Below, in pieces: positions 40,903 to 51,730 of a DNA stretch of 64,000 nt. Numbering within the stretch: position 1 is the stretch's first letter; every line of letters starts with the position of its first letter. This stretch comes from Saccostrea echinata. Taxonomy: Eukaryota. The notes under the pieces were generated by a model, which worked only from the letters and a program-made list of their open reading frames with translations, had not been told where the DNA came from and did no database searches. The translations under genes and the position numbers were made by a program. The stretch is from positions 1-64,000 of the forward strand of contig NW_026889753.1 of the NCBI RefSeq assembly GCF_033153115.1, given 5' to 3'.

Positions 40903-41271
40903 CATTGTATTCAAAATGTCTATTCTGTTGACATTTATTTTCACTTATACTGTTTTAGCGTTGACAATTATTTTGTTTTAATGTAAAATGTAAATAAAAG
41001 AAACAAAAAACATGAACTGATTTTATTTGTGTGAAAACTATGAAGGTTGAAGTATTTAAAAACGAAAGTGAGCGCACTTAATACTTAGCTTTGAAAAAAA
41101 AACTTATGATATTGATATGGCGATAATGAAAAGAAAGAGATCGGGGGAAAGAAATAAGCAGAGTGTTTTACAAAGAGTAGTATACAAACAGATATTATTT
41201 TGTTTGATTTCAATGTTTAAACATGTCTGAAACAAAGTGATTTACATCAATCAAATAAATTTTATTCTTCT

Positions 41272-42335
41272 ATGGTGGCCTCAAATTAATTGTATTCATG
41301 TTTGTTGAAACATATTTTTACTTATTTTGTTTCAGTTTTGACAATTTTTTGGGGTTATAATGAAAAATGTAAATAAAAAATATTTCTATAGTGGATAACG
41401 GCCTCAAATTAACATTTTATTCATGTCTATTCTTTATAATTTTTTTTTTATATACTTTTCGACAAATGAGACAATTTTTGCTGTTTCGGAAAAAAATGTA
41501 AATGAATGAGAAAAAAAACACAATTGATTTTTATTCGTGTTAAATTGTAAAGGTTCTAATTTTTAAAAGGTGAAAAAGAGCGATTAATTAACCCTCCTTC
41601 CATTTTATAATCATGATATTGAAATCGATAGATCAGCAGGAGTTGAACAATTAAACAAACCGCTTTTTTCTAACAAAGTATAGTATTACTTTTTGGTGTA
41701 ATTTCGTTGGAGTTTAATGTCTTAACATTCTGAGATACTTTATGAATTTTTAATTAAAAGTAATAAACCATATCAATATTACATTTATTCCATTAAGTTA
41801 GTCATTGATTTGATAAAGAACTTTAAATCGGGTTTCATAACCTTAAGAAAAAAAATTGTCAACATTTTGTCACAGGTGACCCCTGGTTGTACAAATATGA
41901 CCAAAATAATCAGACTTTATCACACGGTGACGGTTTCAGTGCTGTTTTATGCCTTTTTATTTCCTATTACTTAATACCTCATTTCCCGTCGCTTTAAATG
42001 AATTCACAGGAAACATGTCGAACTTTTAAATTTGCATGAGACATGAAATGCAAAGTGAAAGACTTAGAGCCCTTAGAACCAAATGAAATGTATTTTTTGC
42101 TTCATGCATAAGCTACTGATAGTTCTCCTAGCTCAGATAATTTATTATCATGCCCTTGCAGTACAGAATATTTATTTCAGCCAAAGAAGACCAGAGCAGA
42201 TTATTTATTTTCAAGGACAGATTATTTATTTCTAAAATTTTACAACCCCCTCCCCTCAGAATCGAATGGACGCCCCCCAAGTGTGCTGGGCCATTGGGGA
42301 AGCGTTAGTCTGTCTTCGATCGTAAGTTTTGAAAT
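41272..42335 (+). repeat. Decayed relics of array units: two extra stop/3'UTR copies, then a diverged spacer and upstream-promoter segment, with no CDS
   Basis: gcctcaaattaa...tattca...gacaatt...atgtaaat recurs at ~41278 and ~41402. Spacer landmarks follow in order (aaaccatatc, tttgataaa, ttgtacaaatat, ttttatgcc...tattacttaatac, ggaaacatg). cattggggaagcgttagtctgtcttcgatcgtaagttttgaaa at ~42292-42334 matches unit 1423-1464. Confidence 0.85.
42135..42280. mobile_element. Probable MITE/DNA transposon end fragment within the relic spacer
   Basis: Short internal repeats (cagattatttatttt) followed by ccccctcccctcagaatcgaatggacgccccc. The segment is absent from intact units. From memory it resembles termini of bivalve non-autonomous DNA transposons. 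Confidence 0.4.
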
Positions 42336-43086
42336 TTTACGTTCTTCCAGTCTACTTTTTCAGCGACGTCTGGTTTCTGAAGATTAAATTGCAGAAAAAT
42401 GTACATGTATGTTTTCCGAGTTGCAGGAGGGGATATATCACATTTTGTGGGTGGATATGCATATGGTAATGCATACTAATAAATAAATAAACAACATAAG
42501 TCTATCTATAAACTTTGATTTTATTTTTATTTATTTTTAATCACTGTACGTTGCAGTGGTCTACTTGTTTTCAGCGGATAAATATTTTCTAGACTTACTG
42601 AAAGACATTGCATTCTGATATTTTTAGTACACCTTTGCCAATGACTTTGGACATGATCACTATTGGTTCTTCAACGCAAGGTTAAAAGGTTATCTTTAAT
42701 CACTTATTCTTGTTCCCGAGAACTTGGTAAGAACTTTAGTGTCTTGTTTTCTGACTTCAAAAAGAAGTGTTAGACCAATAGTTCAAAGGAAATTTTAAGA
42801 AAGTGGAATCCACACAAGTCATGCCTGTATATATATTTTAGATAAATCTTGTGGATTTCTCTTAATTATGAAAGCCTTTGATATTTTTGAATCGTTTTCT
42901 TTTACATATAATTTTTTTAATCAACAGTAATGTTATATTATAACTTTTTCTTGAGGATTTAATGACGTATAGAACGTTTTCAATATTGTAGGAGTAAGGA
43001 TGCATTTCAATATAGAAACATAAGGACGATAAACAAAACTGTTCACCGTCTGAAACATTTTGTCCTGTTTTGATAAATAATAGTGA

Positions 43087-43089
<3 letters not shown>

Positions 43090-43133
<44 letters not shown>
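43090..43133. repeat. (CT)n microsatellite
   Basis: About 22 perfect CT units just upstream of the acceptor at 43176. Confidence 0.97.
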
Positions 43134-43135
<2 letters not shown>

Positions 43136-43198
43136 GAGGTTGTGTGTGCGTGTGCATTTTTGTTCTTTTTTTTCAGAGTTTGACCTAATTGTTACGTC

Positions 43199-44974
43199 AT
43201 GATTGGCATTTGTCTAGTTCTCTTTTTGACCGGTACTTTGGCTGCTCCCACTAAGTATGTGACCCTTAAAAAGATCTTTTATTATCAGCAATTATGTATT
43301 AATATTGTATGTTTTTTTTTTGCTTCAAAAATCTTTTTAAGATATTTGATTTTATGAGTCATCGACACGCAAATGTGTCAATGATAAACATACTGGGATA
43401 GTAGATAATGAAGATGACCTTTGTATTATTATGTGATAAAAGATTGATAGAATAGGCGTACCTAATGGTTATTTTACACATTAAATATAACATAAATGAA
43501 ATTTCTGAGCTGGAGACGCATCTGTTTCACTTTCTAGCCATACCCAATCACCATTACAACACTTTAAGAGCATCGTAAGACAGCAGGTCACAACCTTATG
43601 GCCGACAGTGGACACTGATGGAGACGGCCATTTTGAAGTGAACGACATGCATAATATCTTAGACGATTACGATGCCAATCGTAAGATTTTTTGGTAAACA
43701 TTTGATCAGTAGGCTTTGTTTGTAAAAGCGTCAACATCCAAAAAAAGATCAAGGTCAATGGGCTGCAATATGTTAAACTATAATACAAATTATATCAAAT
43801 CAAGAACTTTGAACATTTATCCACATATGTTGATGACTATTGGATAAGACACATTTCTATATTGATTTTAAAAAGAATGTTGCGGTGTCGTCAAATTGGT
43901 ATAAACAGTGGAGGACGAGGATACACTGTGTATTTGCGAAGAAGGGAGACATCCGTTTTTGCACTAAAAACTATATTATTGTACAACGAGAACATATTGT
44001 TTGTTCTATTGTTATGTTTTAATGGATGACGTTTCTGTGGTTTCACCTTAGTCAGCATTTATGGTCTTAACAATCCTGAGATTACAAAATCTCAGTTAAA
44101 AGAATTAGAGGTGAATTAACCAAACTGTCAAAATGTCGAATGATTAAGTCTTATTGCACTAAGGTTGAAACAAGATAATACAAGCCTATGAGCAATTTTT
44201 CATTAAAACATGTTTATGAGAGATTCTGGATTTTTGATTACTAAAGCATTTTGTATTGATTTATTTCTCGGGTCAGATTCTCATCATTGCCTTATAATCC
44301 GCCATGATTTTTTTAAAGCGCCAAAAGAATTCATTCATATTCCTTGATGTTCCTCCGTTGTAGATGACCACAAAGTGTCCCAACATGAATTCATCACCAG
44401 ATTTGCTCCTCAATGTTATTGCACAGGGACTTTTCTTTGAGTTTGACATGAATAGGGACGGCTTCATTACTGTGTCAGACCTAGATCTCTACTACCAGAA
44501 AATTGATACCAATGGTGATTAAGAAAACATGTTTTTAAAAAAAATTATGAAAGAATCTACTGCTATAACTAATTCTAAAAGAAAATAAATATGTTTAAAT
44601 TAACATAAAGAAGAGGGTAATTTCTTGTCGTGTACATACACACGTTTACCTGAAAATATTGCAAAGATCCAGTATTATAACTTTATTTTCGATAATATTT
44701 GACAGATAATGGGCATGTAGAAAAGGAAGAATTTGTACATTACTTTACAGAGGTATGTATACAAAGAATGAATGATAAATGTTTTAATATACAGTAATGT
44801 ATCTTGTAAGTTTAAAGCGGCTCTCTCTTACTCACTCTCTCTCTCTCTTTCTCAGAAATATTTAGTGCATCTCAGCCTTTTTCTACTGTATTTCAGATCT
44901 TCACTATTCTGTACGTCATACAACTTAATCAAACAACGACCCCCTCCTCAGCAGCAGCACCTGGGGGTCGCTAG
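43199..44974 (+). pseudogene. Secreted four-EF-hand calcium-binding protein gene (mollusc shell-matrix-like), frameshifted in coding exon 3; exons 43199-43254, 43538-43680, 44364-44514, 44706-44752, 44897-44974
   Basis: Signal peptide MIGICLVLFLTGTLA-AP. EF loops DTDGDGHFEVND, DANHDHKVSQHE, DMNRDGFITVSD and DTNDNGHVEKEE. All introns are GT-AG with compatible phases (2,1,1,0). AATAAA at 45035-45040. The frame entering exon 3 hits TGA at 44438-44440, while EF3 lies in the +1 frame. Confidence 0.85.
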
Positions 44975-46037
44975 AAATGGAGAGAAGCAGATAATTTGTG
45001 CGACATTATTCTTTGTTCACTAATGTGCATATGGAATAAAGCAATTATTTATGTTTACCATTTTAAATATATTATCAATAAGTTGATAATTAATCAATAA
45101 TGTTATTCTCTTCCTTTCAATAATAATTATTTTAAATGGCTTCTCTTTGGAAGGTAACTCTAATGAATTTAAAGATATTTTCGTGAACATATTAAGCTAC
45201 CATGCAAGACAATTTTCAAAAAAATGTTTAGAGTTACTTCCCTTATAATGAGATTTCATGAAAGAAACGAAAAAAAAACTTTATATATATATATAGACAT
45301 TTATTTTTAGTTTTCAAAGAAAAAGGTAACATTAAGGAAGCTCTAAACACTAAGGAAAAATATTTTTGGACTTTGAGAAATATCATAGAAAGATATGCAT
45401 ATTGCGTTTATCTAGTTTAGTTTGTAGGCAGGCAAAAGTGGCTCACATGAATTTCATATGAAATTTGCATGAGTATTTTGCAGATTCTTCGCATTACAAG
45501 GAGGTGAAAAACAACGAAGAAGGCTCATTGAGATTCAAGATTTAATATCTAAATTAACAAATTACAAGATTCGATTACTCCCCTTTGCTAAGATTTGCTA
45601 ATCAAGAAATCGTTGTACAATGATTAAATGTATCAAAACGAAATAAAAGTAAATGATGGGTTTTGTTAAGCAAACAATGTATATTGTCAATATAACCTGA
45701 TAAATGGTATGATATATTTCTATAAAGACTATCACGGAATGCCTACTTATTTACTGTTTTCAATTTATACCTGTGGGCAGGCGGTGTGATCATTAGAAAT
45801 CTTTTTAGTGGAATTCTTTGAAAGCTGTTTTGCAGAAAGACAGATAAGGGTCGAATTATATTGTAGTTGATGATATTTGCCACTTGTAGATTATAAGCCT
45901 GCAATATATCAAGTGGCTGGCAACTTACAGTAAAAAAAGGTTAAGAAGTGGATAATGTTAGTATCAATGGTTACAAAGTGGCCAGTGACCAAGTTTTTGA
46001 AGCCTAGAGAAAGACCCTTAGGCACGTACTGCCATTT

Positions 46038-46192
46038 AGTGATATCAGCTATTCACGTAAGTGATATCACCTATTCGAATAAGTGATATCACTCAAAATG
46101 AATAAGTGATATCACATATTTGAATAGGTAATATCACTTACTCGATTAGGTGATATCCAACTTTTTTTAAATTGGTGATATCACCTATTCGA
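46038..46192. repeat. 22-bp palindromic minisatellite, ~7 units (consensus ~GTGATATCACCTATTCGAATAR)
   Basis: GTGATATC-like cores start at 46039, 46061, 46083, 46106, 46128, 46150 and 46175. Confidence 0.9.
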
Positions 46193-49100
46193 AATAAATA
46201 GCTTTATCTCTCTATTGGGGAAAGATGTTCAAAGACAATGAAGTATGATAAACAGAAATCCCCCCCTTTTTTTAAAGATATTTGCTTGATAAATTAAATA
46301 GAACTTGTGCATATATTTTTTAAACATGCACATATGTGTATGCATACTTTTATATACTGCAGATGAAAATTGCCGACAAAGGTTATATTTCAGCACATTG
46401 TAGCAAAACTGTTCTCTTTGTATACAGCAAAAATACGCTTTGCATTCCTTAAACTTGATTTTCAATGGAAAAGATAAACCAGTAATTCAATATTCTAAGA
46501 GTGGGGATAAGAAAATGTCATGTTTACAAAAGATATGCTTCTTGAAATATACACCTGACAACATTGGAAATGTTTTCTCCAGTCATCCGAATCCACGAAT
46601 CCTACCGTTATGGACTGTCTAATCCAAACTGTACACACCTTGCTTTCTTGCTTCAGTGAATATTATTTTTGCTTGAATAATTCCAAGTGTAATTGAACTT
46701 CATGTCTCAACCGTCTCGACATAAAAGCGGAAGTATGGATGAAAATGCCATGTTCAATACAGTTTATCACCAGATATATAAAAAAGGATAAAGCAAGCAA
46801 AACAATTAGACATATATTGCTGGCTTTCAGTTCAAACATATTTCAACAAATAGCTATTTTCTTTGAACTCAATGACTTTAACTAATCCAAAATTTTATTT
46901 CGAAGTAATTAATTATAAAATGTTTTCTTTCTTATATTATTTAACTTTTCTTGGTTCCGTCATGTAGGTTGTTTTAAATCAGTGTTTCCTCAATTTGGTA
47001 TGTCGCCAAATGACTGATGCAAAACATGCTAAGTTGACGTGTTAAATTGAAACTACAGGAACACGTGATTGCGTTCCCACTATCCAAACTCTGATTGTGT
47101 GTGATTTGATGGAATTAAATTTTCCTGTGGTTAAAAATGCTATAAATCTTTAAGCTGTTACATAATCGAAATTTTAAGGGATTTAACCATTGGTAAAATA
47201 TTTATCTTGATAATAGTGAGAAAAAACTTTTCATTCACCTTTGAATAATTAGAAGGGAAAAAGGTAAAAACTCAGCAATTCTACTGATTTTATTCCATAG
47301 AAAATGTCCTTGGCTAATATGTAAATCGAACATCAGTATACTATATATATTCATGTATATTTCATATATAAAAACAGAAATAAGTACACTTTTGTTACTG
47401 CCAGTAGCAGAAACCATATTGTTCAGTGTAAGACGAGAATTTTTTTTTGGTCAGAATCAGAAATTACTTTTGAGGACATTTTTCTTTTTTTTTCAATTTA
47501 AATCATTTCATTTAATTTTACTAATTAATCCCCTTCATAAATTGTTTGAATAGTGTGACCATTTCCCCAACAGGAGAGCAGATCAAGAAACTTGTTTTGG
47601 ATGAAAGTGGACTCAAACATATGTATGCATAAAAATCATACTCAAAATTGATTAGACCTCTTTTTCACATTTTTAAGTACATGCATTACAATAAAACACA
47701 AACACATGATATTTTGAAAGCACAAGAGAACCTTTCATAGTTACTATTGTAGTATAGATGTAAGTATCTAATATAACATGTTTCCTTTTTCAAATCTTAG
47801 AATATTTCTTCTTGTTCTAAAAATATTTTGAGAAAACTTAGTTTTGATTTCTACGTTTTATTGTGCAAGCAAAATATCGACAATCAACAAAAACTACATT
47901 CAAAACAATTGTAGTGCAAATAACTTCTATATAATGAAAAATGGTTTGCATTTCGAAGCAGATTTTGTTTTGTAATGAATCCTTGCAACTGAAAAGTATA
48001 TTTAAAAATGGGTTTTTTCTGTCAAAGAAAAATACTTGACAAGTGCAAATAAGATATTTAAAGATTAACAAATTTCCTTATACTTTTTTGTATAATAATT
48101 TGGTTCTAAAGATGAAGACAAATAAAAGAAATGAAATCTAAGATATTAATATGGTTTTAAGGGAACTTATAAAGAAAATAAAAGAAATACTTCTGAAACT
48201 TTCACTTAATTGTTTTTCTTCAATATATCAAAAACTGTATAGTTTATGCAATAGAAAATTGCTTTAAGCTTGTTAAAAGCATTAGCTGACCGGACATTTT
48301 TTGTCAGGGAATTGGCCCTGGTTTGTGCGAACATTATACTAAATCTTTGATACAAAGACCTCTAACTTCCTGACATGAAACAGAATGCTTGTCCATCTAC
48401 ACTAAAAAAACAGAAAAAAACTACAGAAAACATGATCTGACAAAGCAACAAAAGGATATGTGACAACTTGTCACTGCTAAGCATTACACAAACATTAAGA
48501 GAATTCAAATTAATTGAAGCAAACCAACCTTTTCCTTATGATGTGATAATAAGCAATCATTTCTTTGGGATCTAGGAAGAAAGAAATTCACGCGGCACAA
48601 AATCGTCTGTTTTCCGCAGAACATATAATTAATTGTTTTAGGTAGAATTAATATTTTGTTTTCTTGAAACAATTTGAACTTTGATAAATAATGAACATTT
48701 GCAAAATACTTTTACACCAATTAAAGATTACAATTTTAAGAAATTCAAAATGACACATTCACTAAAATTTATGCAAATCGTCATTTCTTTCCTTTTTTTT
48801 TACTTTGTGCAGTAATAAAAATTGATTTCGCTAAACAACTTTTTAAAGTCTGGCTATTCTGCGTTTTAACCAAAATGAAATTTCTTGTAAGGGCTGATAT
48901 AACATAAAAAGATTTATCATACATCAATCTAAAAATTAGCATATGTTTACTAGGGTCGCTAAGCGACGATGCAGGTGAAAGTGAAATATGCAAACTTTTG
49001 CATTTTAATAGAACCCCTTGGCCATGTGGAAAGGATACACTGCAACAAAATATGGAAGTCGAGAAATATATCATTTTAAATAGTTTCCTAGCTTTTCCCG

Positions 49101-51217
49101 TAATTATAAGTGATAATTATCAAAAACGGGACATATTTTTATCGGACTATTTTATGTCAAAGCAATATCTTTTTTGTGCAGGGAGCACAGCAGTTCTGGA
49201 GTATTTTTAGGCGGGCATCCGTAACTCCGCCCACTGCGCAAATTAATAAAGATATTACAACTGACAAAGGCTTTGACAATTCAAAAAATTGAAACATTTC
49301 GTAATCAAATTTAATTTAACATCACCATTGGAGAGTGATATGCACCTTAAAAATTCAGGATTGCCTTTAATATTGGATCCATTTTGGTGAATTAGAACTA
49401 CATCCTTTTGGTAAGTTTAGTTTGAATATCATCAGATAACACAAACAAAAGTATCCCTCAATCCGATTTCAAAGTAAATTAAAATTCATTTTAATGTTTA
49501 TTTTCCAGTTCGAAAGAAAATTAACATTCGATATGCAACATATACCGTAGTGTAGCCCAGGGCAAAATCTTGTTTATATTTGTCGAATCCAGAAAACGAA
49601 ATAGGCCCGGCTAAAATCGAAGAACCGTGAACAATGTGCTGTACATTCTCAAAAAAAGAAAGAAAAACTGTTTTCTTAACATTGGATGAAATCTGATAGA
49701 CCCTTGTCCATGTCACTGAATGATAAGGGGGACAGAATAGATGGTTGTATTTAAATGTTGTGTATCAGATGTGATGACCGTCTCTCGTCACGGTGTTATT
49801 TTGACCTGAACTTGTGTTATGCATGGGAAAAATGGATACATATTGTAATGGCGGATGCTTTCAGAATGAGGTTTCACTTGTATGTATATGGGATTATTTT
49901 GAACGGTAACACTAAAGTAAATCCATATAAATTTTCGTTAAACTAAGGACATTTTAAGTGTAATTTATTCGAAATATATATCACACATTTTTGTAGACGA
50001 TGTCATTTGCATATTTTAAGTTAACTGTTATATAAGGCACTTAAACAATATAAAATATTTTTCCAAGCACATGTATAATTCCTTAATGTCTAATTTGAAA
50101 TATTAATTAGGTATCCCTTTTCCCTCCTTTTCCATTAATTGAATCAGTTATTGAGGCCATTTGTTTATCAAAAGGCGAGGGATTCTTTGTTTTCAGACAA
50201 GGTTAATATCTTTAAACATTTATCATAAAAATTGCCTAGAATATGGTCTGCTTGTCCACAAAAAATGAATTGATCATGCGACAAGTACAGGCATTTGTAT
50301 GTAAACTTACCTTACCTAGGATTTATCTATTACAATCACCAGAACGTTTCTTACAATGGCCGGTCACTGGTCGAATAAATATAAATGGTACGTTTGGGCT
50401 ATCATTGGAAATACTACATAATGTACATACATCACTGAAATGCTCTTGCCTTTGCAAGATAAGAAATATATTTCAAGCACCTCTTCCCAAATCTTCATTA
50501 AAAATTCTTGCTTTCGATAATTTTTAAACAAATATTATAGATTGATTTTTTTTCTAATTTTATACATGAGAGAAATTGTTACAGTCAAACGTTTATTATA
50601 AGCATCCAGTCTTGTTAAAGAGTAAAACATTTTCCCGGAATGTAGAAAACAAAATTAAAGAATTTTAAAAAAAACGCTCAATATTGGCCGGGATATTGAA
50701 ATGTTTAATCATAAATATCATCCCGTCTTGATATACTTTATCGCGGTCATTGAGAGTATTGAAAGAGTTAGCCCATAAAGACACACCCCATGGGCAGAAG
50801 ACGTTTATATGTCCCGTCATGTCGGTCCTAACAAGATAGTGGTCAATGGCCCGAGGTCGTTATAAGGTGAGGGGTCATTTCGGGACAGGTGTCATCTAGT
50901 CTGCACTTTTGGTTTCATCTATTATGAATGCCTTTTTGCAGATGTCATCCTTAAACTGTTTATAAATAGCTTAGAAGTCGCGAAGTCATCATAATTGCAA
51001 AAAAGGTGCATGGATTATAAGAGTTAATTACATTAAGAAGGATTATTTGTTGTTTTTCTTAATTCAGAATAAGAGCAGTAATGATAATGATGTTAAGGTA
51101 TATGTAACAGAACTTGTCTTCTTAAGGTAAGTCAATTCTTTAATGCAGATTTTCAGCAAGAATTAATGAAATCATTTGAGTATTAAGACTAAAAATAACT
51201 TGGTCAACAAATATATG

Positions 51218-51330
51218 TACAGTTGAACTTCGGTATCTCGAACTCTGATATCTCGAATATTATGGATATGTTGAAATTATTAAGAAGTCCAAATCCCTTA
51301 TTGTTTAAGTACTTCACCCTGGATAATGTG
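51218..51330 (+). mobile_element. Tc1/mariner (pogo-like) MITE terminal fragment
   Basis: TA followed by CAGTTGAACTTCGGTATCTCGAACTC, with an internal repeat of atctcgaa. TA|CAGT termini are typical of pogo/Tigger-type elements. No matching second terminus was seen. Confidence 0.55.
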
Positions 51331-51703
51331 TAGCGCCCATATTCAGAGATTCTTTCTTCTCTTCTTATACTTGCCTAAACATTTAATTTGTTACAATATC
51401 CTGGATAACAATTCTCAAAATACTTCTTTCTGTCTGTAAAAAGTGTATTAAGCTTGATTTAGCTGAAAAAAAAATGAATTCATTAGACAAATATTTTTTG
51501 TTACATGGATGAATTGAATAATTCATCTTGTTTACGAATGAGATATTCAATGAAATACATGTGCAATGGCTGAAAACAGGAATCTCATTTACAATCTGTT
51601 GCTCTCAGTTAAAGGTAAATTAATGGAATAGGAAATTTGAATTTTAAAAAATCATGAATTATTGGTTGTCATATGGTCTTAACATTTATGTGAAAGCAGA
51701 AGT

Positions 51704-51730
51704 CGGGGGGGGGAGGGGGGGGGGGGGGGG
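51704..51730 (+). repeat. Poly-G tract
   Basis: G10-A-G16 run. Confidence 0.9.

Larger units (their letters stand above)
1..41270 (+). repeat. Tandem gene array, ~3756-bp unit, 11 gene-bearing copies, open at the left edge of the window
   Basis: The same ORF set recurs with ATGs at 1655, 5411, 9167, 12923, 16679, 20435, 24197, 27955, 31711, 35466 and 39222 (spacings 3756 x5, 3762, 3758, 3756, 3755, 3756). Position 1 (atttgataaaaacttc) recurs at 3745, 7501 and onward. Similarity to the unit drops after ~40970 and ends near 41270. Confidence 0.98.

Noticed and set aside
1-41270. Array unit as a transposon (Helitron tandem, LTR or Penelope element)
   Set aside because: No Rep/helicase, RT, integrase or transposase, and no TIR, LTR or TSD seen. 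The short palindrome agcatttatgctag near 3725 is too weak to call a Helitron end.
42933-43157. 74-aa ORF with an ER repeat
   Set aside because: It is a translation of the (CT)n microsatellite.
46038-46192. CRISPR-like array
   Set aside because: The intervening segments are ~12 bp and similar to each other, the context is eukaryotic, and no cas genes are present.
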